In this document: piece by piece, positions 32,586 to 42,131 of the stretch
How positions within the stretch are numbered: position 1 is the first letter of the stretch
How the letters are laid out: each line of letters starts with the position of its first letter
Assembly (NCBI GenBank): GCA_902787755.1
Contig: CADAHL010000005.1
Coordinates: 19,524-83,523 of the forward strand
DNA from: Oscillospiraceae bacterium
Lineage (GTDB): Bacteria; Bacillota; Clostridia; Oscillospirales; Oscillospiraceae
Direction: 5' to 3'
Length of the DNA: 64,000 nucleotides
Translations under genes and position numbers: made by a program
Notes under the pieces: model-generated
What the model was told of the DNA's origin: nothing
Database searches by the model: none
What the model saw: only the letters and a program-made list of their open reading frames with translations

Positions 32586-33722
32586 TTATATCTTTTTCTT
32601 CTTTCCGAACAGGCCGCCCCTGCCGCTGTCGCTCTCGCCCATGGCGGCGGCGAACTGCCGCAGGGCCTCCTTCTGGCTGCTGTTCAGGCCCTTGGGGACC
32701 TGCAGCTTCACGGAGACGAACTGATCGCCCCGGCCGCCGCCCCGCAGGAAGGGGATGCCCTTGCCACGCAGCCGGAACACAGCGCCGGGCTGGGTGCCCT
32801 CGGGGATGTTCAGCTTCACCTTGCCGTCCAGAGTGGGGACCTCGATCTCCGCGCCCAGAACCGCCTGAGCGTAGCTCAGCTCCTGCTCCATGTACACCGA
32901 GGTGCCTTCGCGCTCGAAAATGGCATGGGGACGAACGATCACGGAGATGAGCAGGTCGCCGGCGGGACCGCCGTTGAGACCCGTGTTGCCGTAACCGGCC
33001 CGGGAGATGGCCTGACCGTCGTCGATGCCGGCGGGGATTTTCACGGTCATCTTATGCTGCCGGCGGATATTGCCCAGACCCCGACAGGTCTTGCAGGGCT
33101 GATGGATGATCTTTCCGGTGCCCCGGCACTTGGGACAGGCCTGGGTGGACTGGGCCATGCCGAAGGGGGTGCGCTGAGTGGTGCGCACGGTGCCGCTGCC
33201 GTGGCAGTCGGGGCAGATCTCCGGCGTGGTACCGGCGGCGCAGCCGCTGCCGCTGCAGTCCGGGCAGGGCTCGATGCGGCCGTAGGTGATCTCCTTTTCA
33301 CAGCCGAAGGCCGCTTCCTCAAAGCTGATATTCGCGCTGACACGGATATTGTCGCCCCGGCGCGGCGCGTTGGGATTGCTTCTGGTGCCGCCGCCGAAGC
33401 CGAAGATATCGCCGAAGAGGTCGCTCAGATCCCCGAAATCCCCGAAGCCGCCGCCGAAGCCGCCGAATCCGCCGCCGCCGAAGCCCGCGTTGGGGTCGAA
33501 GGCCGCGTGACCGAACTGGTCATATTTCTTGCGCTTCTCCTCGTCGGAGAGCACCTCGTAGGCCTCGTTGGCCTCCTTGAAGCGCTCCTCGCATTCCTTG
33601 TCGCCGGGGTGCAGGTCGGGATGGTTCTCCCGGGTGATTTTGCGGTAGGCTTTTTTGATCTCATCGGCCGTGGCGCTCTTGTCCACGCCCAGGACCTCAT
33701 AATAATCTCGCTTCTCTGCCAT
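32586..33722 (-). CDS. dnaJ: Molecular chaperone DnaJ
   Basis: J domain with HPD, a G/F-rich region, and four CxxCxGxG zinc-finger repeats. Confidence 0.97.
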   Translation of the reverse strand: MAEKRDYYEVLGVDKSATADEIKKAYRKITRENHPDLHPGDKECEERFKEANEAYEVLSDEEKRKKYDQFGHAAFDPNAGFGGGGFGGFGGGFGDFGDLSDLFGDIFGFGGGTRSNPNAPRRGDNIRVSANISFEEAAFGCEKEITYGRIEPCPDCSGSGCAAGTTPEICPDCHGSGTVRTTQRTPFGMAQSTQACPKCRGTGKIIHQPCKTCRGLGNIRRQHKMTVKIPAGIDDGQAISRAGYGNTGLNGGPAGDLLISVIVRPHAIFEREGTSVYMEQELSYAQAVLGAEIEVPTLDGKVKLNIPEGTQPGAVFRLRGKGIPFLRGGGRGDQFVSVKLQVPKGLNSSQKEALRQFAAAMGESDSGRGGLFGKKKKI

Positions 33723-33824
33723 AAGTAGACTCCAAATATGTGGATGATTTACGCACGATTGAGCTGAGACCGGGGCCTCAGCTCAATCGCGGGTTTTGTG
33801 AAAGTGGAACGTAAGGGAGATCGA

Positions 33825-35675
33825 TTACTTCTGATCGTCGTCGACCACGGTGTAATCGGCGTCGTAGTAGTCCTGGCCGCCGGGGGTGCCGCCCTGGGGA
33901 CCCTGGGGTCCCTGAGGACCGCCCTGGAAGCCCTGAGGACCGCCCTGCTGCTGATACAGCTTCTCGCTGAGCTTGTAGAAGGCCTGGGTCAGTTCTTCGG
34001 TGGCGGACTTGATGGCGGCGGAATCGGTGCCCTTCAGGCTCTCCTTCAGAGCGTTGAGCTTGGCCTCAACCTCGGCCTTCTCGGCGCCGTCCAGCTTATC
34101 GCCCAACTCGCTCATGGTCTTCTCGGTCTGGTAGACCATCTGGTCGCCCTGGTTGCGGATCTCCACCTCTTCCTTCCGCTTCTTGTCCTCGGCGGCGTAC
34201 ATCTCGGCCTCCTTGACGGCCTTCTCGATGTCTTCCTTGGACATGTTGGTGGAAGAGGTGATGGTGATGTGCTGCTCCTTGCCGGTGCCCAGATCCTTGG
34301 CGGATACGTTCACGATGCCGTTGGAGTCGATGTCGAAGGTGACCTCGATCTGAGGCACACCGCGGCGGGCCGGGGCGATGCCGTCCAGATTGAAGCGGCC
34401 CAGGGTCTTGTTCTGAGCAGCGAACTCACGCTCGCCCTGCAGGACATGGATCTCCACGGCGGTCTGGTTGTCCGCGGCGGTGGAGAAGATCTGGCTCTTG
34501 CGGGTGGGGATGGAGGTGTTGCGGTCGATGAGCTTGGTGCACACGCCGCCCAGGGTCTCGATGCCCAGGCTCAGCGGGGTCACGTCCACCAGGACCATGC
34601 CCTTCACGTCGCCGGAGAGCACGCCGCCCTGAATGGCAGCGCCCAGAGCCACGCACTCGTCGGGGTTGATGCCCTTGAAGCCTTCCTGACCGATCAGGGA
34701 CTTGACCATCTCCTGCACGGCGGGGATACGGGTGGAGCCGCCCACCAGCAGGACCTTGCTGATGTCGGAGGGCTTCAGGCCGGAGTCGGACAGAGCCTGA
34801 CGTACGGGGCCGGCGGTGGCTTCCACCAGGTGGTGGGTCAGCTCATTGAACTTGGCCCGGGTCAGGGTCACGTCCAGGTGCTTGGGGCCGGTGGCGTCGG
34901 CGGTGATATAAGGCAGGTTGATGTTGGAGGTGGTCACGCCGCTCAGCTCCACCTTGGCCTTCTCGGCGGCCTCGCGCAGACGCTGCATGGCGACCTTGTC
35001 GCCGCTCAGGTCGATGCCCTCGGCCTTCTTGAACTCTTCCACCAGGAAGCGGGTGATGCAGGCGTCGAAGTCGTCGCCGCCCAGACGGTTGTTGCCGGCG
35101 GTGGCCAGGACCTCGATGACGCCCTCGCCGATCTCCAGCACGGACACGTCGAAGGTGCCGCCGCCCAGGTCGTAGACCATGATCTTCTGGTCGTTTTCCT
35201 TGTCCAGACCGTAGGCCAGAGCGGCCGCGGTGGGCTCGTTGATGATACGCTTGACCTCCAGGCCGGCGATGTGGCCGGCGTCCTTGGTGGCCTGACGCTG
35301 AGCGTCGGTGAAGTAAGCGGGGACGGTGATGACCGCCTCGGTGACGGGGTGGCCCAGATAGGCCTCGGCGTCGGCCTTCAGCTTCTGCAGCACGAAGGCG
35401 GAAATCTGCTGGGGAGTGTAGGTCTTGTCGTCAATGTGGACCTTGTAATCGGAGCCCATTTCTCTCTTGATGGAGGAGATGGTGCGGTTGGGGTTGGTGA
35501 TGGCCTGGCGCTTTGCCACCTGGCCCACCATACGCTCGCCGTTCTTGGCGAAGGCCACAACGGACGGAGTGGTGCGGGCGCCTTCCGGATTGGGGATGAC
35601 GACGGCTTCGCCGCCTTCCAGAACGGCCACACAGCTATTGGTTGTACCAAGATCGATACCGATAATCTGACTCAT
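33825..35675 (-). CDS. dnaK: Molecular chaperone DnaK (Hsp70)
   Basis: [20 protein letters not shown] and other canonical Hsp70 sequence. Confidence 0.98.
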   Translation of the reverse strand: MSQIIGIDLGTTNSCVAVLEGGEAVVIPNPEGARTTPSVVAFAKNGERMVGQVAKRQAITNPNRTISSIKREMGSDYKVHIDDKTYTPQQISAFVLQKLKADAEAYLGHPVTEAVITVPAYFTDAQRQATKDAGHIAGLEVKRIINEPTAAALAYGLDKENDQKIMVYDLGGGTFDVSVLEIGEGVIEVLATAGNNRLGGDDFDACITRFLVEEFKKAEGIDLSGDKVAMQRLREAAEKAKVELSGVTTSNINLPYITADATGPKHLDVTLTRAKFNELTHHLVEATAGPVRQALSDSGLKPSDISKVLLVGGSTRIPAVQEMVKSLIGQEGFKGINPDECVALGAAIQGGVLSGDVKGMVLVDVTPLSLGIETLGGVCTKLIDRNTSIPTRKSQIFSTAADNQTAVEIHVLQGEREFAAQNKTLGRFNLDGIAPARRGVPQIEVTFDIDSNGIVNVSAKDLGTGKEQHITITSSTNMSKEDIEKAVKEAEMYAAEDKKRKEEVEIRNQGDQMVYQTEKTMSELGDKLDGAEKAEVEAKLNALKESLKGTDSAAIKSATEELTQAFYKLSEKLYQQQGGPQGFQGGPQGPQGPQGGTPGGQDYYDADYTVVDDDQK

Positions 35676-35736
35676 GATTTTTTCCTCCTATATGAAACAA
35701 TTTTTTACCTGTAACTAAAATATGAAAACTGAAAAC

Positions 35737-36363
35737 TCAGTTTGCCACCTTGACCATGGCGAAGCGGATCACCTTGTCTCCGAGCAGGAAGCCCTGCTGG
35801 AAGACCTCCACGATCTCGTTTTCGCCCTTTTCCTCGTCGTCCACGTGCATGACGGCGTTGTGCAGCGCGGGATCAAAGGTCTTGCCCAGGCACTCCATGG
35901 GCTTGACCCCCAGCTTCTCCAGGGTCTGGCAGAACTGGGTCATGATCATTTCCACGCCCTTGCGGTAGGCCTCGTCCTCGGTGCCCTGCTTTAGGGCCCG
36001 TTCCAGGTTGTCGTAGACCGGCAGGAATTTCCGCACCACGTCGGAGCGGATGTCGCCGTACAGGCTCTCCTTTTCCTTCTGGCTGCGGCGGCGGAAGTTG
36101 TCGTACTCGGCGCAGATGCGAAGGAAGCGCTCGTTGAGCTCCGCCTTCTCCGCCTCCAGGGCGGCCACGCGCTCGTCGTCCTTTTTCTTTCCGAACTTCT
36201 TGTCTTTCTTGTCCGGCTTCTTTTCCGCTTTTGCTTCAGCTGCTTCGGCCTTGGTCCCGGGCTGTTCGGCCCCGGCCTCGGCCTCGGCCTGCTCCTCCCG
36301 GACCTGGGTTTCAGCCTGCTGGGGCTCCCCGGTCTCGGGAACTTCCTTTTCTACCTCACTCAT
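35737..36363 (-). CDS. grpE: Nucleotide exchange factor GrpE
   Basis: The acidic N-terminus is followed by RLRAE-like EYDNFRRRSQKE. It lies between hrcA and dnaK. Confidence 0.95.
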   Translation of the reverse strand: MSEVEKEVPETGEPQQAETQVREEQAEAEAGAEQPGTKAEAAEAKAEKKPDKKDKKFGKKKDDERVAALEAEKAELNERFLRICAEYDNFRRRSQKEKESLYGDIRSDVVRKFLPVYDNLERALKQGTEDEAYRKGVEMIMTQFCQTLEKLGVKPMECLGKTFDPALHNAVMHVDDEEKGENEIVEVFQQGFLLGDKVIRFAMVKVAN

Positions 36364-37444
36364 GTTTGTCTTCCGGCTCCTTGATGATCAATTTATTATG
36401 CATGCCCTCCGGCGGGGCTTCTCCGGCGCCGAGCCTGCGGCTGAGACCCGCAGCCAGAACGCTCAGCTTGGCGGCCACGGCGGAATAGTCCATTCGGGTG
36501 GGTCCCACCACGCCGATCAGGCCCCGGGTATTGTCCCCGGCGTCGTAGCTGGCGATGATAACGCTGGAATCCTTCAGCTCCTCCGCCACGTTCTCCGGCC
36601 CGATGAAGACCTTGACCTCGCCGGTCTGGCCCGGCGTGTCCGAGGGGGGCAGGATGTAGCCGCCGCCGGCCAGATAGCTCATCAGCCGGTGGGCCTTGTC
36701 CGGATCCCGGAACTCCGGCTGGTTCAGCAGCCGGTTCTCGCCGAAGACAGAGGCCGAGGGGGCGTTGGCCTCCGTCAGCGTCTCGATGGCGAAGGCGGCG
36801 ATCACCGCCGTCAGACCCAGGCTGTCGTCCGCCGCCTGCTCGGTGGCGTGGATCAGCACCGGGTTCATCTCCGAGGCGGAGATGCCCAGAAAGCTGGCGT
36901 TGAAGAGAGTGGAGAGCCGCTGCATCATCTCCTGATCCACCGACACCGGCAGCTTCACCAGCTTGCTCTTGACGGTGTTGCCCGAGAGCATGAGGACGAT
37001 GATGAAGGTGTTGGCGTCCACGTAAATAAGGTCGATGCGCTTGAGGGTCACCGAAGTACTGCTGGTCAGGGCCAGGGCCGGATAATTGGTCAGCTGGGAG
37101 GCCAGGCGGCTTACGGCGCCGATGGTGGCGTCCAGCTCCTGGAGCTTCTGGTTCAGGCGGCGGTTCAGTTCCTCTGTCTCCTGGATCCCCAGGCGCTGCC
37201 GGTCCATCAGCTCGTTGACGTACATCCGGTAGCCCATGGGGGTGGGGACCCGGCCGGCGGAGGTGTGGGGCTGCTCCAGATAGCCCAGAGCCACCAGCTC
37301 CGCAAGCTCGTTGCGGATGGTGGCGGAGGAGCATTTGAGCTGCCCGCTCTGGGCGATGGCCTTGCTGCCCACCGGCTCCGCCGAACGGATGTATTCTTCC
37401 ACGACGATCGCCAGTATTTTCTTTTTTCTCTCGCTGATCGACAC
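36356..37444 (-). CDS. hrcA: Heat-inducible transcription repressor HrcA
   Basis: ERKKKILAIVVEEYIRSAEPVGSKAI. Start taken as GTG 37444 (GAGGTGA 6 nt upstream). GTG 37453 is an alternative start. Confidence 0.93.
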   Translation of the reverse strand: MSISERKKKILAIVVEEYIRSAEPVGSKAIAQSGQLKCSSATIRNELAELVALGYLEQPHTSAGRVPTPMGYRMYVNELMDRQRLGIQETEELNRRLNQKLQELDATIGAVSRLASQLTNYPALALTSSTSVTLKRIDLIYVDANTFIIVLMLSGNTVKSKLVKLPVSVDQEMMQRLSTLFNASFLGISASEMNPVLIHATEQAADDSLGLTAVIAAFAIETLTEANAPSASVFGENRLLNQPEFRDPDKAHRLMSYLAGGGYILPPSDTPGQTGEVKVFIGPENVAEELKDSSVIIASYDAGDNTRGLIGVVGPTRMDYSAVAAKLSVLAAGLSRRLGAGEAPPEGMHNKLIIKEPEDKHE

Positions 37445-37485
37445 GGCTTTCACCTCGAGGACTTAGCACTCGTTCCCGTGGACTG

Positions 37486-37512
37486 TTGGCACTCTCTTTC
37501 TTCGAGTGCTAA
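37486..37512 (-). promoter_or_regulatory. CIRCE operator (HrcA binding site)
   Basis: The minus strand reads TTAGCACTC-GAAGAAAGA-GAGTGCCAA. The consensus is TTAGCACTC-N9-GAGTGCTAA, so there is one mismatch. It lies directly downstream of the -10 box. Confidence 0.88.
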
Positions 37513-37539
37513 TATAGCACCCCGGGCAGCGCCTGTCAA
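37511..37539 (-). promoter_or_regulatory. Promoter of hrcA-grpE-dnaK-dnaJ
   Basis: The minus strand reads TTGACA, a 17 nt spacer, then TATATT. The -10 box overlaps the first CIRCE arm. Confidence 0.65.
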
Positions 37540-37614
37540 TAGTTTCCGAGAAAAACAAAAGAAAATTCACGGTTTGGTCACGAATGAAAAACCACCTATT
37601 TCCAGTTTCTGGAC

Positions 37615-37643
37615 TTGCAGGGCTGTGGGCCATACTCTATAAT
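37615..37643 (+). promoter_or_regulatory. Candidate promoter of the MscS-family gene
   Basis: TTGCAG, a 17 nt spacer, then TATAAT. Confidence 0.55.
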
Positions 37644-37707
37644 AATAAAGAACGCAGTCCCGCCGGTTCGACGGGCAAACGGGGAAAATGAGAAAGGACG
37701 ATCCGAT

Positions 37708-38577
37708 ATGAAAGAAAAGAAAACAGGCGGTTCCTGGCTGCCTCCGGTGATCTGGGCGCTGCTGCTGGCTCTGGGGCTGGGCCTGAGCGCGCTGGGCCTG
37801 GGCCGGGACAGCGGCGCGGTGGATAAGCTCCTGAAGATCCTGACGCTGGTGGGCGGCGTGCTGCTGGCCGCCTGGCTGCTGCGGCGGCTTCTGCTGCTGG
37901 TAAAACCGGCGTCTCACCGCTCAAAGACGCTGTTTACCGTGTTTGCCAGCGTCATTCGCTATGTGGCGGCCATCGTGCTGCTGTGCTGGGGCCTGTCCAT
38001 CCTGGGCGTGGACCTGAGCACCATCGTCACCAGCGTGGGCATCCTGGCCCTGATCATCGGCTTCGGCGCCGAGAGCCTGATCGAGGATCTGGTCACCGGT
38101 ACCTTTATGCTCCTGGAGAATCAGTATAATGTAGGTGACATCGTGGAGGTAGGCGGCTTCCGGGGCACCGTCCACGAGATCGGCATCCGTACCACTTCCC
38201 TGATGGACGTGGGCGGCAACATCAAGATCATCAACAACTCCGACATGCGCAATATCCTCAACCGCTCGGACAAGGCCTCCGTGGCCGGGACCAGCATCGA
38301 CGTGCCCTATGAGACCGATCTGGAGGACTTTGAGCCCAAGATTCCCGGCCTGATGCAGCAAATCTTCGAGAAGCACCGGGACGTGATGCTCTCTCCGCCC
38401 CGGTATCTGGGCGTGCAGGAGCTGGGCGCTTCCGGCGTGACCCTGAAGTTCGTGGTAGAGGTGGAGGAGGACAAGATCTTCTCCGCGCCCCGGATCCTGA
38501 ACCGGGAGCTGCTGGTGGGCTTTAAGAAGCTGGGCGTGGAGTGCCCCTTCCCCCAGGTGGATGTGCACCAGCGCTGA
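37708..38577 (+). CDS. Small-conductance mechanosensitive channel (MscS family)
   Basis: ORF trimmed to ATG 37708. TM helices are followed by LIGFGAESLIEDLVTGTFMLLENQYNVGDIVEVGGFRGTVHEIGIRTT. Confidence 0.9.
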   Translation: MKEKKTGGSWLPPVIWALLLALGLGLSALGLGRDSGAVDKLLKILTLVGGVLLAAWLLRRLLLLVKPASHRSKTLFTVFASVIRYVAAIVLLCWGLSILGVDLSTIVTSVGILALIIGFGAESLIEDLVTGTFMLLENQYNVGDIVEVGGFRGTVHEIGIRTTSLMDVGGNIKIINNSDMRNILNRSDKASVAGTSIDVPYETDLEDFEPKIPGLMQQIFEKHRDVMLSPPRYLGVQELGASGVTLKFVVEVEEDKIFSAPRILNRELLVGFKKLGVECPFPQVDVHQR

Positions 38578-38596
38578 GCGCTGCTGGTGATGCGCT

Positions 38597-39706
38597 ATGG
38601 AAAAACGAGAGTTTGAAACCCATCCGCCCCGGGAGGAAGTTTCCTTCCCGGCCGCCAGGTCGGAATGGAACCAGCCCGATCCGGAGCGGGAGTTCTCGCC
38701 GCCCCGGCCGGAGGCGGAGTTCAGCCCGGTGGGCTCTCAGCTGGAGCTGCCCCGGCGGACCCGGAGGAAGCGGAAGATCCGCACGGCGGCCTTCGCGGTC
38801 ATGCTGGTCATCCTGCTGCTGATGCTCCGGCCGCCCCAGCTGCCCGGTCTGCCGCAGATTCGGCCGGCCCCGGCGGAGGAGCCGCCGGCGTCGGAGCCCC
38901 TGCCCACCCCGGAGCCGACGAGTACACCCGCGCCCACACCGACGCCCGCGCCGACCCCCGCGCCCACGCCGGAGCCGGAGCCCGGCTATCAGGTGCTGTA
39001 TTTCCAGTTCTCCCACGCCCATTACGGCAGACTCCGCTTTACCCGGCCGGAGGCCTTCCGCTCGGTGCATCTGGAGATCTGGGAGCCCTATCTGGACCTG
39101 ACCGTGGCCAGCTTCGACCTGGTGCCGGAGGACTATGCCGACGGGGAGTACCTGCTGCCCATGCAGAGCACCGGCGACGTGTTCGAGGCCCACATGGATG
39201 AGTATCTGGCCCGGGATGTTTGGCCGGAGGCTCTGATGCTCCGGGGAACGGTGAGCTATGAGAAGGACGGGGAGCTGGTGGAGGAGAGCTTTACCCAGGA
39301 GCCGGACTACGAGCAGGGCTGGGGCCTGACCTGGTGGCCCGAGGACGAGCCGGCCTCGGATTGGACCTTCCCCGGCTGCTTCGTGTTCGCCACCTACGAG
39401 TCTGAGGTCCCGCTGGAGATCGTGGTCAACGATCCGGACGGGGTGAAGGCAGGGGTCCTGGGCGTCAGCATCCGGATCGACGGCCGGGAGATCCCGGCGG
39501 AGGCCTACCGCTTCGAGCCCTATGAGGAGACCTGGACCGCTATGGACCGGGACGGAAACCAGCGGGAAGTGGTCTTCTACTATGCCCGGGCGGTGGTGGA
39601 AAAGCCCGACTGGGCGCCGGAGCACAGCGTGGCCCATGCCGTGGTGACCCAGCTGCTGGAGGGCAGCGGGGAGATCTGGGTGTCCGAGCAGGACGTGGAA
39701 TACTGA
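38597..39706 (+). CDS. Hypothetical single-pass membrane protein with a Pro/Thr-rich linker and an extracellular domain of roughly 230 aa and unknown family
   Basis: 369 aa. The TM segment is IRTAAFAVMLVILLLMLRP and the linker is PTPEPTSTPAPTPTPAPTPAPTPEPEP. GC3 bias is coding-like. I recognise no motif. Confidence 0.7.
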   Translation: MEKREFETHPPREEVSFPAARSEWNQPDPEREFSPPRPEAEFSPVGSQLELPRRTRRKRKIRTAAFAVMLVILLLMLRPPQLPGLPQIRPAPAEEPPASEPLPTPEPTSTPAPTPTPAPTPAPTPEPEPGYQVLYFQFSHAHYGRLRFTRPEAFRSVHLEIWEPYLDLTVASFDLVPEDYADGEYLLPMQSTGDVFEAHMDEYLARDVWPEALMLRGTVSYEKDGELVEESFTQEPDYEQGWGLTWWPEDEPASDWTFPGCFVFATYESEVPLEIVVNDPDGVKAGVLGVSIRIDGREIPAEAYRFEPYEETWTAMDRDGNQREVVFYYARAVVEKPDWAPEHSVAHAVVTQLLEGSGEIWVSEQDVEY

Positions 39707-39784
39707 TAGCTGACCCGACAAAAACCGGCGGGATGTCTTAAAAAATCTTAATTTTGCGGAGGCGTTCTTGTGACGCCTCCGCGT

Positions 39785-41062
39785 TTATGTTACCATCAGA
39801 CCCAAAGTGAGGATCCCCTCGTTCCGGCGGTAGATGGCGTCGAAGTCGGTCAGCGGCAGGGGATTGACGCCCCGGCCCACCTCGACGGTATAGCCCGGGC
39901 GGTCGTAGTCCTGGAGGAACCAGTCCTTGTACCCGGCGAAGCCCGAGGCGTAGGGGGTGTCCTCCACCGCGTAGCCCGAGGCTTCCCCGAAAAGGCGGGC
40001 GATGGCCTGGGCGTTCTCCGGCTGATAGTCCAGATATTTCCAATAGATCACCTCGCCCTGGCTGTGATAGGCTAAGACGAGGGCGGGGTCGAAGCGGCGG
40101 GTCCAGTCGTACAGCGCCCGGCTCTCCGGGGCCGTCAGCGGGGCGGCGCCCACATAGTCCGCCGGCGCCGGGGAGACGATCCCCTGGGCGAATTTGTTCG
40201 CCCGGGCCTGCTCCCAGCCCGCGGGGTACTGGAGATTCAGGTCTACGCCCCGAATGTTTGCCTTCCAGCCGGAAGGGAAGGGGTAGCGCGGATAGTTGAG
40301 GGCCAGAGCCCTTGCCTGGTCGTAGGCCTCGCCCGAGGAGAGCTCTCCGGTGACCAGATCCATCCCGTCCGGATTCAGGCAGGGGATCAGGCTGAGCCTG
40401 GCATAGTCCAGCAGCTCTGCCGCCGGGGTCCCGAAGAGGCTGCCGCCGTCGGCGCAGGCGATGCACAGCTGCTCCAGAAAGCGGAGGAGCAGCGGCGTGG
40501 TGATCCACTCGTTGGCGTGATGGGTCCCGTTATAGAGCACCCGATTCTCTCCGGACCCGATCTCCAGGCTCCAAAGGGGCTTTCCCAGCGCGCTTTTGCC
40601 GATGCTGCCGCTGCGCAGAAAGGGGTAGCGGGCGCTGAGCCCCCGGACCACCAGGGCCAGCAGGGACGAGCACCAGCGGATCCCGGTGGGCACGACCTCG
40701 AAGGGCAGGGGCACGGTGATCCGGGCTCCCACAGGCAGATTCTCCGGAGTCAGGGTGGGATTGGCCAGGATCAGGGCCTCGGGTCTGGCGCCATAGAGAC
40801 GGGCGATGGACCAGAAGCTCTCGCCCCGGCGGACCGTATGGCTGAGAGCGCCGGTGGTCCAGGGCAGCAGGGCCTGCCGGGTGACGGGCCCCGCCACCGC
40901 GTCCTGCCGCAGCCCGTTTTCTCCCTGAAAGCGGCGGAGCGCGCTGCGGGTCCGGACGCCGAATACGCCGTCGGTCTCCAGGGGGCCGAAGCCCGCCCGG
41001 TTCAGGGCCAGCTGCAGCAGCTCCACCGCCGGCCCGGTGCTTCCGAAACTGAGAGTTCGCAT
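39785..41062 (-). CDS. Peptidoglycan-binding domain + LysM + M14 zinc carboxypeptidase (gamma-D-glutamyl-meso-diaminopimelate peptidase-like)
   Basis: ORF trimmed to ATG 41062 (GAAGGAGGAA upstream). PG_binding_1-like segment: GSTGPAVELLQLALNRAGF..DGVFG.RT. LysM: HTVRRGESFWSIARLYG. M14 motif: GTHHANEWIT. Confidence 0.85.
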   Translation of the reverse strand: MRTLSFGSTGPAVELLQLALNRAGFGPLETDGVFGVRTRSALRRFQGENGLRQDAVAGPVTRQALLPWTTGALSHTVRRGESFWSIARLYGARPEALILANPTLTPENLPVGARITVPLPFEVVPTGIRWCSSLLALVVRGLSARYPFLRSGSIGKSALGKPLWSLEIGSGENRVLYNGTHHANEWITTPLLLRFLEQLCIACADGGSLFGTPAAELLDYARLSLIPCLNPDGMDLVTGELSSGEAYDQARALALNYPRYPFPSGWKANIRGVDLNLQYPAGWEQARANKFAQGIVSPAPADYVGAAPLTAPESRALYDWTRRFDPALVLAYHSQGEVIYWKYLDYQPENAQAIARLFGEASGYAVEDTPYASGFAGYKDWFLQDYDRPGYTVEVGRGVNPLPLTDFDAIYRRNEGILTLGLMVT

Positions 41063-41164
41063 GATCGTTCCTCCTTCGACTGCTTTTCCCAAGAGTATGC
41101 TCTCAGACGCCGGAAAATGACGCGCCGGGAACTTTAGTCCCCCAAAAACGTCGAAAGAGCAGCT

Positions 41165-41200
41165 GCACACTGAGCACTACGCACTAAGCACTGTATAAAT
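41165..41200 (+). promoter_or_regulatory. Four 7-nt-phased direct repeats (nnGCACT) abutting a TATAAAT -10-like box upstream of the motA-like gene
   Basis: GCACACT GAGCACT ACGCACT AAGCACT G TATAAAT. GCACT occurs at 41174, 41181 and 41188, exactly 7 nt apart. Confidence 0.4.
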
Positions 41201-41219
41201 AGAAAGCGAGGGATCTACT

Positions 41220-42131
41220 ATGAGCAATTTCCGCAATATCCCCCCGGCGGGGCTGATCGTGATCGCCGTGATCGGCGCGCTGTTCGTGCTGGCGGTGATC
41301 CTGCTGCTCTACGTCCACATGCGCTACCGCCTGCTGAGCCTGGGCGCCAGCGGACAGGGCGAAGAGGGCCGGGGCTTCCGGGGCGCGCTGCTGAAGGAAT
41401 ACGTGGCCGCCTACAAAAAGTACGGCCGGGACGTGAACACCCCGGCGATCATCACCGACGTGATCAGCGCCAGACTGTCCGGCCTTCTGCTGTGTGAGCG
41501 GTTTCTGAACAACGCCGTCTCCCTGTTTGTGACTCTGGGCCTGTTCGGCACCTTCCTGGGTCTGAGCCTTTCGGTGGCTTCTCTGACAGAGCTGATCGGC
41601 CTGAGCAACACCGAGGAGTGGCTCAGCGTCCTGGACAGCGTGGGCGGCGGCCTGATGAGCGCCCTTTCCGGTATGGGCGTGGCCTTCTACACCTCTCTGG
41701 TGGGCGCGGGCTGCTCCATCCTGCTGACGGTGCTGCGCACGATCTTCAGCCCTCAGGCCCAGCGGGAGAAGCTGGAGACCCGGCTGGAGCTGTGGCTGGA
41801 CATGGAGGTGGCCCCGGGTCTGGCCACCGACGCGGCCAAGGACGACGCCCAGCTGGTGCGGCAGATGATCGAGGCTATGAAGACCGCCTCCGGCGAGGTG
41901 AGCCGGGCGCTGAACGGCGCCTGCGCCTCCTTCGGCAGGGCTACCGAGGCCAACCGGGCCTCCCTGCAGACCTTTGACGGCACGGTGGAGAAGTTTAACG
42001 GCGGCGTCCACGACTTCGGCGAGGTGGATTACAACCTCCGCGGCACGGTGGAGCGCCTGGATCTGGCGGTGCGGGATCTGTCCGCGGCCATGCGGGAGAT
42101 CAACCGCCGCATGGAAGGAGCGGGAAAATGA
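41220..42131 (+). CDS. MotA/TolQ/ExbB-family proton-channel protein with a C-terminal helical tail of roughly 110 aa
   Basis: 3-TM profile. The signature LGLFGTFLGL lies in TM2 and AFYTSLVGAG in TM3. The tail is rich in heptad-like A/E/R/L residues. Confidence 0.8.
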   Translation: MSNFRNIPPAGLIVIAVIGALFVLAVILLLYVHMRYRLLSLGASGQGEEGRGFRGALLKEYVAAYKKYGRDVNTPAIITDVISARLSGLLLCERFLNNAVSLFVTLGLFGTFLGLSLSVASLTELIGLSNTEEWLSVLDSVGGGLMSALSGMGVAFYTSLVGAGCSILLTVLRTIFSPQAQREKLETRLELWLDMEVAPGLATDAAKDDAQLVRQMIEAMKTASGEVSRALNGACASFGRATEANRASLQTFDGTVEKFNGGVHDFGEVDYNLRGTVERLDLAVRDLSAAMREINRRMEGAGK

